59,071 nucleotides of DNA from a candidate division WOR-3 bacterium (GTDB taxonomy: Bacteria > Hydrothermota > Tepidihabitantia > Tepidihabitantales > Tepidihabitantaceae), in NCBI GenBank assembly GCA_037441285.1, contig JBBISL010000011.1, positions 1 to 59,071 of the forward strand, written 5' to 3'. A model generated the notes under the pieces. The model did not search any database. It was not told the DNA's origin and was given only the letters and a program-made list of their open reading frames with translations. The position numbers and the translations under genes are program-made. Shown in pieces: positions 8,473-17,735 of the stretch. Every line of letters begins with the position of its first letter. Within the stretch, counting starts at the first letter, position 1.

Positions 8473-10611
8473 GTGATACATAAAAAAGTAGTAAAATTGG
8501 GCGTCCTGCTCGGGATAGTTGCGGTGGCAACGCTCTGCGCCGCAGAAGGTGGCGCCCTGTTCAACCCTAATGAAGTTACCCGGACAAGAATCTCCCCGCT
8601 CATTACCGGCGCCTCAATGCACAAAACCACCCCGATTCCACCCACGGACGACTCATCCTGGATAAAAACCGACTCAATCCCTCTGGCACCGATTGGTGGC
8701 TCTGATGCCCTGTGCGGCTTAAAGGTTTATGGCGACACCATCTTCCTTGTCTGGAACCGGGCAGATTTACCCTATATCGTCCGGATACTCAACCGGCAAA
8801 CCGGTGCGGTTATTGACTCCCTGATTGGTCATACAGTTGAATACAAGATGTCGCCGGTCAAGGTTGGTGACACCCTGTATGTGTCCGGGTTCTACCCTTC
8901 GGAGCACATCGATGTCTATTATCTGCCCACCAAAACCTATATCCGCCAGATTGGTCCTATCGGTTCTAATCTTACCCGGGGTATGGATTGGGATGGTAGC
9001 CAGCTCTGGGTCGGCGACAACTCAACTTCTCCGGCACGGATTAACCTCATTGACCGGTCGGGCACGGTGCTAAAAACCCTGACCAACACCGGCTCTATTT
9101 CGGTGGGCTGGATAATGGATTTAACCCTGGACCGGATGATTCCGAATCGGCTCTGGCTCAACGACAATATCAGCGATGTTGCCTGTTACTGCGCCTTTGA
9201 CACCGTTGCCAACACATTTCAGGTCCTGGCAACATTTACCCCGCCGGCTGGGGCTGGCAGTACTGCCGAAGGGATTGGATTTTACGGTCCGGACAACGGT
9301 TATGGCTACTGCTACACCAACTCGGTTTATGTCCTCTGGGCTTACAAGATGCTTGTCCATAGCCCGGCCAGACCAAACGACATCGGTGTCAGTTCTATAA
9401 AATCTCCAACTTCCATTGTTGACCCGAACACCACCATCACCCCAATCGCCCGCATCACCAACTACGGCACCGCACCGCAGAGCAACTTCCCGGTCACCTG
9501 CTGGATTGATTCGGCTGGAACCCGCATCTACACCGCAAACTACACCTACACTCAGACCCTTGCTCCTGGTGCCACCGATTCGGTCTCCTTTTCTCCAAAC
9601 TGGACCGCAGGTCCGGCAGGAGCAAACTACTCCATAAAAATGTTCACCAACCTTGCCAACGATGAGAACCGTATCAATGACACCGCCCGTATGACCGCAA
9701 CAACCTTCTTAATCCGCGACACGCTAATTGCGCCCTTTGCCATTGTTACCCCCACACTCGACGGCAATATTCAGAATGCCGAATGGTACGACGCCCTGAA
9801 GTGGGACATATCCGATGTGTTGAATATGCAGGGCAGCGGTGCCCGTCCCGCAGGCAGTTGCTATCTATATGTGAAACACGACTCCAGCAATGTGTTCTGG
9901 GCGCTTGACTTAAAAGCCAAAACCACGATTGATGACTACGACCAGTTTGGCTGTTACCTTGACGAAGACCTGTCCCGAACCTGGGCGGTTGACTCGTCTG
10001 AAGGCAACCACTGGTTTGTCTGGCTCACCGGTGACACGGTCATCTACCGTGCCTTGATTGGACCGGGAAACCTTCCCAGCAACTACTGGCAGCGCTGGCA
10101 GAGTGGTAATGGCATATCCCGGGCAGGCAACGCCGCTGGCAACCTGCAGTTTGAGGCGGCGGTTCAAAAGGGAACCCTGAAATGGAGCTACAACATAAAT
10201 CAGACCTGCGACACCGTCGGGTTCTATGTCTACGTTGCTGCGGTCGGAAGCATCTACTGGGGAAACTGGCCCACCCGAATGCCCGGCGCCGAATGGAATA
10301 ATGCCGCTCAGTATGGCACCCTGATTTTCAGCCCGGACCAGGTTGGCGTTGCCGAAGAGAAGCGTATGCCAGTAATCGATTTGCGGCTCGCAAATCCGTT
10401 GCGGCTCCCGCTTGTTATCCATACCGGACAGCGTCTTGAGGTTTACGACATCTCGGGCAAACTGGTAAAAGATATAACTCAGACCAGAGGTGGCAGTATA
10501 ACCTGGGATGGCAGAGACAAAACCGGCAAGCCGGTTTCCTCGGGCATCTACTTTATCAAACTGTTCCGCAACAATAACACCACCCAGACCAAAGCGGTTA
10601 TCCTGCGCTAA
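8473..10611 (+). CDS. Secreted protein: beta-propeller-like N-terminus, CARDB/Ig-like domain, T9SS/FlgD-Ig-like CTD
   Basis: AAGGAGGT SD before GTG 8473; signal peptide; NDIGVSSI...ITNYG; C-terminal VYDISGKLV...WDGRDKTGKPVSSGIYF. Confidence 0.8.
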   Translation: MIHKKVVKLGVLLGIVAVATLCAAEGGALFNPNEVTRTRISPLITGASMHKTTPIPPTDDSSWIKTDSIPLAPIGGSDALCGLKVYGDTIFLVWNRADLPYIVRILNRQTGAVIDSLIGHTVEYKMSPVKVGDTLYVSGFYPSEHIDVYYLPTKTYIRQIGPIGSNLTRGMDWDGSQLWVGDNSTSPARINLIDRSGTVLKTLTNTGSISVGWIMDLTLDRMIPNRLWLNDNISDVACYCAFDTVANTFQVLATFTPPAGAGSTAEGIGFYGPDNGYGYCYTNSVYVLWAYKMLVHSPARPNDIGVSSIKSPTSIVDPNTTITPIARITNYGTAPQSNFPVTCWIDSAGTRIYTANYTYTQTLAPGATDSVSFSPNWTAGPAGANYSIKMFTNLANDENRINDTARMTATTFLIRDTLIAPFAIVTPTLDGNIQNAEWYDALKWDISDVLNMQGSGARPAGSCYLYVKHDSSNVFWALDLKAKTTIDDYDQFGCYLDEDLSRTWAVDSSEGNHWFVWLTGDTVIYRALIGPGNLPSNYWQRWQSGNGISRAGNAAGNLQFEAAVQKGTLKWSYNINQTCDTVGFYVYVAAVGSIYWGNWPTRMPGAEWNNAAQYGTLIFSPDQVGVAEEKRMPVIDLRLANPLRLPLVIHTGQRLEVYDISGKLVKDITQTRGGSITWDGRDKTGKPVSSGIYFIKLFRNNNTTQTKAVILR

Positions 10612-10627
10612 GTTAAACGAAAATACC

Positions 10628-10657
10628 GGGCGGGGAGTTTTTCTCCCCGCCCCTTTT
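10628..10657 (+). terminator. Intrinsic terminator
   Basis: GGGCGGGGAG-loop-CTCCCCGCCC followed by a T run, just after the 10611 stop. Confidence 0.75.
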
Positions 10658-10691
10658 GCACCCGGAATCGTTAATTCAAGGTCTAACAGTT

Positions 10692-11948
10692 ATGAAACAG
10701 GTTTATTTTGACCACGCCTCAGCGAGCCCGGTTTTGCCTGAGGCACTGGAAGCGATGCTCCCCTTCCTGAAAGAGGAGTTTGGCAACCCTCAAAGTTTCC
10801 ATCAGTTTAGCAGGAAGTCAAAGGAGGCAATTGAACACGCCCGACAGCAGGTTGCCCGCCTGATTAACGCACCGCCCGAATCCATCGTCTTTACCGCCAG
10901 CGCATCCGAAAGTAACAATCTGGCAATCAAAGGTTTTGCCCTTGCCAACAAATCCCGGGGCAACCACATTGTGATATCGGCGATTGAACACTTCTCAGTT
11001 CTCGAGCCGGTGAAGACCCTGAAGCGGCTCGGATTTGACTTTACGATTGTACCGGTTGACCGGTTCGGAATGGTCGATATCGAAGAGTTGAAGCGCGCGC
11101 TCCGCAAGGAAACCATCCTTGTCTCAATAATGCACGCCAACAACGAAATCGGCACCATTGAACCGCTCCAAGAGATAGTGGCGACCTGCCACGAGCAAAA
11201 CATATTGGTCCATTCGGACGGCACCGCGGTGCTGGGCAGAATGCCGGTTGATGTAACCGAACTCGGGGTTGACGCCTACTCCTTTTCTGCCCAGTCGTTT
11301 TACGGTCCGAAAGGTGCAGCTGCGCTCTATTTGAAACCGGGTAAAAGGCTCGTGCCTTTGATTGAGGGCGGGATTCAGGAAAAGGGTCGGAGGGCAGGAA
11401 CTGAAAATGTGCCGGCGATTGTTGGTATGGGCCAGGCAGCCGAAATCTGCCAGAAACAGATAGACCAGTGGTCCGCAAAGATGAAAGCGCTTGCCCGTCG
11501 GATTGTCGCCGAACTGCCCCAGAAGATTGAACGGACTGTTTTTACCGGTCATCCGGAAAAAAGGCTACCGGGCCACATCAGCCTGTGTGTTGAGTTTGTT
11601 GAGGGCGAGGCGATGCTTTTATCTCTCGATGACCAGGGTATCGCTGCCGCATCCGGCTCTGCCTGCACCGCCCGCACCCTGAAGGCATCCCATGTCCTTT
11701 TAGCGATTGGCTTGCCTCATGCTATCGCCCAGTCTTCGCTCGTGCTCACGCTGGGTAAAGACAACACCGAGGGTGATGTTGATTACTTTTTAGAAAAGTT
11801 CCCGCCGATTGTTGAGCGGTTGCGTTCCTTTTCACCCCTTTACGCCCGCTATCTTAAAGGCGAAGACCCGTACCAGTTTGGCACCGATGATGAAGAACAC
11901 CAAACTGGACATGAGCCCGAACATAGGGAAAATATAGGAGAAGGATAA
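10692..11948 (+). CDS. iscS: IscS/NifS-family cysteine desulfurase homolog lacking the PLP-binding lysine
   Basis: VYFDHAS, IEHFSV, MHANNEIG, RAGTENV and SGSACT motifs; reads SAQSFYGPKG where the family has SxHKxxGPKG. Confidence 0.9.
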   Translation: MKQVYFDHASASPVLPEALEAMLPFLKEEFGNPQSFHQFSRKSKEAIEHARQQVARLINAPPESIVFTASASESNNLAIKGFALANKSRGNHIVISAIEHFSVLEPVKTLKRLGFDFTIVPVDRFGMVDIEELKRALRKETILVSIMHANNEIGTIEPLQEIVATCHEQNILVHSDGTAVLGRMPVDVTELGVDAYSFSAQSFYGPKGAAALYLKPGKRLVPLIEGGIQEKGRRAGTENVPAIVGMGQAAEICQKQIDQWSAKMKALARRIVAELPQKIERTVFTGHPEKRLPGHISLCVEFVEGEAMLLSLDDQGIAAASGSACTARTLKASHVLLAIGLPHAIAQSSLVLTLGKDNTEGDVDYFLEKFPPIVERLRSFSPLYARYLKGEDPYQFGTDDEEHQTGHEPEHRENIGEG

Positions 11949-11950
11949 TT

Positions 11951-12355
11951 ATGTATTCAGAAAAGGTAATGGACCACTTTCGTAACCCCCGTAATGTCGG
12001 AGAGATTGAAAATCCCGATGGCGTTGGCGAGGTTGGCAACCCGGTTTGCGGTGATATGATGACCTTTTACATCAAGGTGAAAAACGGGATTCTTACCGAT
12101 GTGAAATTCAAAACCTTTGGCTGTGGTGCCGCTATTGCGGTCTCATCAATGGTCAGCGAAATGGCAAAAGGCAAGACAATTGAAGAGGCGCTCAAGATAA
12201 CCAACGAAGCGGTTGCCGCCGAACTGGGTGGCTTGCCGCCCAATAAACTCCACTGCTCCAACCTCGGGGCTGATGCGCTCCACGCCGCAATTCAGGACTA
12301 CCTGCGCAAGTCCAGAGGTAGTCAAGAGTCCGAAAAACCAAAGGGGGAAAAATGA
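11951..12355 (+). CDS. iscU: Fe-S cluster scaffold IscU/NifU-N
   Basis: YSEKVMDHF.NPRNVG, GNPVCGD, FGCGAAIA and KLHCS. Confidence 0.96.
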   Translation: MYSEKVMDHFRNPRNVGEIENPDGVGEVGNPVCGDMMTFYIKVKNGILTDVKFKTFGCGAAIAVSSMVSEMAKGKTIEEALKITNEAVAAELGGLPPNKLHCSNLGADALHAAIQDYLRKSRGSQESEKPKGEK

Positions 12356-12549
12356 AAGCCAAGCGGAAAACGGGCTGTCGCTGCCCCTATTGCGACCAGC
12401 CGCTTCTTGAAGAAGAAAATTTCTGTAAACCGTGCGGCGTACAGATTGTTTACTGCCCAAACTGCAACCAACCATTGCCGCGGGGTGCTCGCACCTGTCC
12501 GGAATGCGGCAAAGAGATTAAAGAAGAAAAACAGGAGAGGAAAAGATGA
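12352..12549 (+). CDS. Double zinc-ribbon small protein
   Basis: Four CxxC pairs (CPYC, CKPC, CPNC, CPEC); overlaps both neighbours by 4 nt. Confidence 0.75.
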   Translation: MKAKRKTGCRCPYCDQPLLEEENFCKPCGVQIVYCPNCNQPLPRGARTCPECGKEIKEEKQERKR

Positions 12550-12830
12550 ACCTGACTCGGGTCGCCGGAACCAACAAAAAGCACCAGGTGAAATTATTTG
12601 CCCTTTCCACCTGCGGCTGGTGCCGTCGTACCAAAGATTTGTTAAACACCCACAGCATTGAGTACGACTACATTGATGTTGACCTCTGCGTCGGCAAGGA
12701 ACGCGAGGAGGTTGTAAATCATGTTCAGCAAATCAACCCCCGGGTCTCATTTCCGACAATTCAGATTGATGAGACGGTCGTAGTTGGATTTGACGAAGAG
12801 CGGATAAAAGAACTTCTTGAAATAAAATGA
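12546..12830 (+). CDS. Glutaredoxin/NrdH-like redoxin
   Basis: STCGWC active site and SFPTI...VVGF. Confidence 0.9.
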   Translation: MNLTRVAGTNKKHQVKLFALSTCGWCRRTKDLLNTHSIEYDYIDVDLCVGKEREEVVNHVQQINPRVSFPTIQIDETVVVGFDEERIKELLEIK

Positions 12831-13345
12831 GCGGTGAACAGTTTCCACTGGAAGTAATTGAGGCTTACGAGCAGTTGAAAAAGGAAGCCGAAGAGGGTGG
12901 CTATCACCTCAATCCCGACAAACAGTTCACCCTGAGACTGATTCAAGGGTTATTGACGAACGAAAAGCGGTTTGGCTACCGCGCCTGTCCCTGCCGCATC
13001 GCTTGCGGCGAAAAGTCCAAAGACATTGACATCATCTGCCCCTGCTACTATCGTGATTCCGACCTGGAACAGTTTGGCGCCTGCTACTGCGCCCTCTATG
13101 TTAGCGAAGACTGGATTAAAGGTAAACTACCCCACAAGTCAATTCCAGAACGCCGACCCGCGAAATTTATGATTGAAGGTTACTCCGAACCAGCATCTTC
13201 AGAGCAAACTGACAAACCCTTGAACCGCCTTCCCTATCCGGTCTGGCGTTGCAAAGTTTGCGGCTACCTTTGCGCTCGACCCGAACCACCCGGCAAATGC
13301 CCGGTTTGCAAGGCAACAAAAGACCGGTTTGAACGGTTTATGTAA
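12827..13345 (+). CDS. Ferredoxin:thioredoxin reductase catalytic-subunit homolog fused to a rubredoxin-like domain (FDR type)
   Basis: CPC, CPC and CYC motifs, then WRCKVCGY...CPVC. Confidence 0.9.
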   Translation: MSGEQFPLEVIEAYEQLKKEAEEGGYHLNPDKQFTLRLIQGLLTNEKRFGYRACPCRIACGEKSKDIDIICPCYYRDSDLEQFGACYCALYVSEDWIKGKLPHKSIPERRPAKFMIEGYSEPASSEQTDKPLNRLPYPVWRCKVCGYLCARPEPPGKCPVCKATKDRFERFM

Positions 13346-13358
13346 GCAAAAAATAGTT

Positions 13359-13649
13359 ATGCCGATTGTTGAAATCAGCGTGGTGCCGGTCGGTACTGGT
13401 TCAACCAGCGTCAGCCAGTATGTCCGAGCCGCGCTCGAGGTTATAAAAAAGAGCGGGCTCAACCACGAACTCAACCCGATGGGTACCTGTATCGAAGGCG
13501 ACTGGGACAAAATCTTTGCCGTGATAAAGGAGATTCACGAAACACTCGCCGCGCTGGGCTGCACCCGCTTAGTCACCACGATTAAAATTGACGACCGTCG
13601 CGACAAATCGGTTACGATGAAAGAAAAGGTGGCAAGGGTTAAAGATTAA
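13359..13649 (+). CDS. MTH1187/DUF77 thiamine-binding family protein
   Basis: EISVVPVGTGSTSVSQYV...PMGTCIEG...IKIDDRRDK. Confidence 0.9.
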   Translation: MPIVEISVVPVGTGSTSVSQYVRAALEVIKKSGLNHELNPMGTCIEGDWDKIFAVIKEIHETLAALGCTRLVTTIKIDDRRDKSVTMKEKVARVKD

Positions 13650-13768
13650 CCCAAGCCACCTTCGCCTTCACATCTCAACCACTCTAAGCCATCCCATAAT
13701 GACCCGGCAATAAACGCCGCCCAATCTTCACTCAGCCAAGTTTGGTCGTAAACCCACACTGGTGTCAT
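13646..13768 (-). CDS. Putative 40-aa Trp-rich peptide
   Basis: Manual translation MTPVWVYDQTWLSEDWAAFIAGSLWDGLEWLRCEGEGGLG; AAGGTG SD; begins 12 nt after the stop of the 67-aa ORF. Confidence 0.4.
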   Translation of the reverse strand: MTPVWVYDQTWLSEDWAAFIAGSLWDGLEWLRCEGEGGLG

Positions 13769-13780
13769 AATCTTCACCTT

Positions 13781-13984
13781 TTATTTACCACCCAGACTGG
13801 ACATAATAACCCTGGTCTGCTCCACCCGCTCCTGATAAACCTCGTCCATCGCCTCGTTATCAAACTGCACCACCTCACTCTTTTTCAAATCGTCCCGCTT
13901 AGACCTAAAAAGCATTACTGCCGCTACTAACAACCCGACTCCCACCAGGAAACATAATATCCGGCCAAATCTTGTATCCAGCAT
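13781..13984 (-). CDS. Small single-TM hypothetical protein (67 aa)
   Basis: Strong SD (GAGGAGGT), hydrophobic N-terminal helix, sigma54-like promoter upstream. Confidence 0.65.
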   Translation of the reverse strand: MLDTRFGRILCFLVGVGLLVAAVMLFRSKRDDLKKSEVVQFDNEAMDEVYQERVEQTRVIMSSLGGK

Positions 13985-14010
13985 CTTAACCTCCTCTCAA
14001 AATTATAATA

Positions 14011-14026
14011 TGCAGAATCTGTGCCA
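14011..14026 (-). promoter_or_regulatory. sigma54 (RpoN) -24/-12 promoter
   Basis: The minus strand reads TGGCACAGATTCTGCA (GG-N10-GC), 26 nt upstream of ATG 13984. Confidence 0.7.
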
Positions 14027-14247
14027 CAATTACCAACCCAAGCAACTGATTATTTTACAATACCTTACAGTTTAATATCCAAGCCCCAAAGCAAAACTGT
14101 CTCATCTGACGATACACTCAAAATTATGATACACCCTGTGTAATAATTTCAACATATTGAAAATTAGGAACTTATATCATTGGTAACGGCGATGAGACAC
14201 TAATTTCCTGTGATGAAACACATTCCGGTAACCGCTTCAGGTAAAAC

Positions 14248-14276
14248 TTGACAAGCGGTTAATTAATATCTACTCT
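14248..14276 (+). promoter_or_regulatory. sigma70-type promoter (TTGACA-N17-TACTCT) for the XRE gene
   Basis: Consensus -35; the -10 ends 10 nt before ATG 14287. Confidence 0.55.
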
Positions 14277-14286
14277 TAAATAGATA

Positions 14287-14949
14287 ATGAGCGGTTCCAA
14301 AAAGTATGCGCTTAAGGGGTTAGATGCTCTTGGCTCTCGGCTCAGAGAGATTCGTATAAACGCTAAAATCTCTCAGATGAAACTTGCCGAACTGCTGGGC
14401 TTAAACCCTACCCACGGTTATAAGTACATACTTAGATTAGAAAAGGGGCTGGTACCCAATCCAACATTACGGACCATCACCGGATTCCTTGCCGCTTGTG
14501 GTGCCACCTGGAAAGACATCGCTGATGTTCTTCCCTCAATTGGAATAAATCCCGGCGCAGAGAGTAAACCCACTTCTTCAGAACCGGTAATAATTCCACC
14601 CGCAAAATCTTCAATTGAAGCAATCTCCTGGGCAGGTGCGCCACCCGATGAAAGTGGGGCAAAGAAACTGTTTTCAGAACAGTTCTGGCGCCAGGTTAAA
14701 ATTGCAGAGGACCATCTCTGGGACCTGCTCCGAATATCACACCAGACCAGTGTCAAACGCCGGCACTACTTCACCTTTGTCCGCTCGGTCTGTGCCCTGA
14801 TTGCTCAATTCAGCACCGACCCAAAATCGCTCAACAGCGCGCTTGAGAACATTGCGACGCGGGCAGCCAAACAGGGGCTTGAACCTCAAATTCTTAATCA
14901 AATAAAACAGGTCTGCCTGAAAATATTCGGCGCAGAAAACCCTGCCTGA
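14287..14949 (+). CDS. XRE-family HTH transcriptional regulator with an unknown C-terminal domain
   Basis: LGSRLREIR...SQMKLAELLG...YILRLEKG..NPTL. Confidence 0.85.
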   Translation: MSGSKKYALKGLDALGSRLREIRINAKISQMKLAELLGLNPTHGYKYILRLEKGLVPNPTLRTITGFLAACGATWKDIADVLPSIGINPGAESKPTSSEPVIIPPAKSSIEAISWAGAPPDESGAKKLFSEQFWRQVKIAEDHLWDLLRISHQTSVKRRHYFTFVRSVCALIAQFSTDPKSLNSALENIATRAAKQGLEPQILNQIKQVCLKIFGAENPA

Positions 14950-17684
14950 TGCTCCTTCTTTTACTTGTGCTCGCAATTAACCCTCCGGTATCTTACAACA
15001 TTGATGCCCATTTTCTGCCTGACCATGCCCTGATATCGGGCAGGGCAACGATAACCTTCCGCAACATCTCCCCTGTATCCCAGAACACGCTTTACCTTTA
15101 CCTTTATCCCAACGCCTTTCAACACCGCAAAACCCGTCTGGCAACTGAACTTATTCAACAGGGCTCTTTTGAATGGGCAAGGCAACCGAAAAGGGGTCAC
15201 GGTTCGCTCCTCATTGAAGATGTCCGTTACCAAAATACACCATTAAAGTTTCAAATCGACGAGACTGTTATGGAAATCTTCCTGCCTTACACCCTTGCCC
15301 CTGAAGAGTCAATAACCTTCACCCTGTCATTCACTACCCGTATTCCTGCCCTCATTCTCAACTTTGGTAAAAAGGGCTCGCTCTTTGTCCTGACCCGCTG
15401 GTACCCGCAGGTCGCCGCCTTTGACCGGTTCGGCTGGCACCCTGGTGATTTTCACCCGCAAGGCGCACCGCCTGGTGCCTTTGCCGACTACCAAGTCAAA
15501 CTTCACATTCCGGAAAAGTATGTTATCGCCACAAATGGTGAGGTTTTAAATCTTTCTGACACCCTGCACTGTTTCCGCGCAGGAAACCTGACCGACTTCG
15601 CCCTGGTTATCGCTCCGGACCTCATCTCTTACAACGACTCAAAAGCCGCCCCCACTCTCAATATATTTCTGACCCGCAACTTCAACACCCGTGCCCATCA
15701 AATCGTCCACCAGGTCCGCCTGATGAACACCATCTTCACCCATTTCTTTGGCACACCTCCATTGGAGCAACTTACCATCGTTGTCGCGCCCGGCATCACC
15801 CCAACGCCAATATCTGTCCCGGGACTCATTGTCATCGGACAACAACCGCTGCCCTTTACCCGGCTCTGGGAAAAAACCCTTGCTCAGGAACTCGCCCGCC
15901 AGTTTCTTTCTTTCAACCCCGCCCCTGATGCCTTTCGCGACCCGCTCCTTTCCAATGGCATCTGTGCCTATGCCGCCAACCGCTACCTTGAAACGGTTTA
16001 CGGTGAAAACAACCTGCTTGACCTGCCGTTTTCTCTCCCATTCCTCAACGGGTTGTCGGACACCTATCTCCACCACATCTTCTTTTACCTCGGCGCCACC
16101 CACAACCTGACCACATCTTTAACCCAACCTGGTACCAAACCGCTTGCCACCGAGGCAATTGTTACCTCCCAGGCGGTCCTTTTGCTGCAATCGCTCGAAA
16201 AGGAGATGGGTACCGCCCAAATCGACTCAGCAATTCGCCGCTATCTTGAACTCAACCACAACCACCACCCCGCAACCCCGGCTTTTCTCGCATCACTCAC
16301 CCATATCGCTGGACCGGAAAAAGAGGTTACAATCAACCGGCTTCTCAACCAGGACGGCAAAGCCGATTTTGCCATTCGCCCGATTCGTCATATTGGCAAC
16401 CACACTCAGATATCCATCACGACAAAGGATGCTTATCATTTACCGGTGGAAATTAAAACCGTGTTTGCCGATGGCGCATCCCGCATCGACACCCTACCAC
16501 CAGAAAACGGTTCGCTAACTCTCTCCTGCGAAAAGAAAATTACCCATCTTGTCATCGACCCGCACGAAAAAATCCTTGACGCCAACCGCTGGAACAACCA
16601 CTACCCCCGCCGAGTGGAAATCAAACCCATCTTTGCCCTGCCCAGTTTTGACGCCTATCAGCTATTTTATGGACCCTGGTTCTGGTTTGACAGCTATCGC
16701 GGCTTTCAACCCGGGGTCTGGCTCGCCGGTAGAAAGTTGCTCGACTCCGGACCATTAAAAGGCGAGCACAACTGGATTATCCTGCAAAACTACGCCTCCC
16801 ACAAATCCGACTGGCACACCGGTGTCAGTTATCAGACGCCGATAATTTTTTACCCGTTTAAGTCCCGACTTTACTTCTCGGGTGACAACTCCTTTCGCGA
16901 CCGGGGCGTGCGCCTGTATCTCCTTAACGACTTTGGACCGGCATTGCGCCCGCCCCAAGCCGAGTTTGACTTCGGCTATCGAATTTATGAGCTCCTTGAC
17001 ACCTCCGGCCGCGACCCCCGTGCCTGGGAACTTGCTCGCATTGCCGAACTCCGCACCCGCCTTGCCCACAATCTCCAATCGCCGCTTATTAACCTCAACG
17101 GCGAACTGCTTTTCAATCAGGGGGGCGAAAAACTCCTATCCCAGTTTCAGTACTCAAAAATCAGCCTTACCGAAAATTTCACCCTCTTCAGTACCGAATT
17201 CCTGCCGGTATCAGTCCGGCTTTTTGCCGGCGCCATATCCGGCACAACTCCGCCCCAGGAGGAGTTCTACCTTTCCGGTGGACTATCTTACACACCAGCC
17301 GAACCTGTCTCCTGGGCTTACGAAGGTTTTGCTTCCGGCCAGGAACACTGGCACTACGACGGCGATGTCAACTGCCGGGGCTACTATGGTCAATACCAGC
17401 ATGGCAGATTTGCCTACGGTATCAACTTCCATCTTCTGTTTCCCTCCTCCATCTTTCGCTTTCCCCTGTCGGCACTGCAACCATTTTTCGACCTCGGCAA
17501 TGTCGGCAACTCCTTAAGTCGTGAACTATTCTCTCCCTGCCTTGACGCCGGCGTCCGGGTCAAACTGGGTCCTCTCTATGCCGACTTTCCCATCTGGAAG
17601 AGCAAGCCCGAATCCGGTGAAAAACCACTTGCCTTTCGCTGGTCTCTCGGTTTCAAACTCACCGACCTGACGAGCGGATTTTAA
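14949..17684 (+). CDS. M1-aminopeptidase-like protein (zinc motif lost) with a probable C-terminal outer-membrane beta-barrel
   Basis: M1-like N-terminus (YLYLYPNAF, WYPQVAAFD, FADYQV); QELAR in place of HExxH; aromatic amphipathic C-terminus ending in F. Confidence 0.65.
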   Translation: MLLLLLVLAINPPVSYNIDAHFLPDHALISGRATITFRNISPVSQNTLYLYLYPNAFQHRKTRLATELIQQGSFEWARQPKRGHGSLLIEDVRYQNTPLKFQIDETVMEIFLPYTLAPEESITFTLSFTTRIPALILNFGKKGSLFVLTRWYPQVAAFDRFGWHPGDFHPQGAPPGAFADYQVKLHIPEKYVIATNGEVLNLSDTLHCFRAGNLTDFALVIAPDLISYNDSKAAPTLNIFLTRNFNTRAHQIVHQVRLMNTIFTHFFGTPPLEQLTIVVAPGITPTPISVPGLIVIGQQPLPFTRLWEKTLAQELARQFLSFNPAPDAFRDPLLSNGICAYAANRYLETVYGENNLLDLPFSLPFLNGLSDTYLHHIFFYLGATHNLTTSLTQPGTKPLATEAIVTSQAVLLLQSLEKEMGTAQIDSAIRRYLELNHNHHPATPAFLASLTHIAGPEKEVTINRLLNQDGKADFAIRPIRHIGNHTQISITTKDAYHLPVEIKTVFADGASRIDTLPPENGSLTLSCEKKITHLVIDPHEKILDANRWNNHYPRRVEIKPIFALPSFDAYQLFYGPWFWFDSYRGFQPGVWLAGRKLLDSGPLKGEHNWIILQNYASHKSDWHTGVSYQTPIIFYPFKSRLYFSGDNSFRDRGVRLYLLNDFGPALRPPQAEFDFGYRIYELLDTSGRDPRAWELARIAELRTRLAHNLQSPLINLNGELLFNQGGEKLLSQFQYSKISLTENFTLFSTEFLPVSVRLFAGAISGTTPPQEEFYLSGGLSYTPAEPVSWAYEGFASGQEHWHYDGDVNCRGYYGQYQHGRFAYGINFHLLFPSSIFRFPLSALQPFFDLGNVGNSLSRELFSPCLDAGVRVKLGPLYADFPIWKSKPESGEKPLAFRWSLGFKLTDLTSGF

Positions 17685-17735
17685 CCACCTTTTCGGTAAT
17701 TGGACAAATAGCGCAAAGTTGGTAAAATTGTCCTC

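Noticed and set aside
12546..13345. Selenocysteine or stop-codon recoding in the redox genes
   Set aside because: All redox motifs use Cys codons and there is no in-frame TGA.
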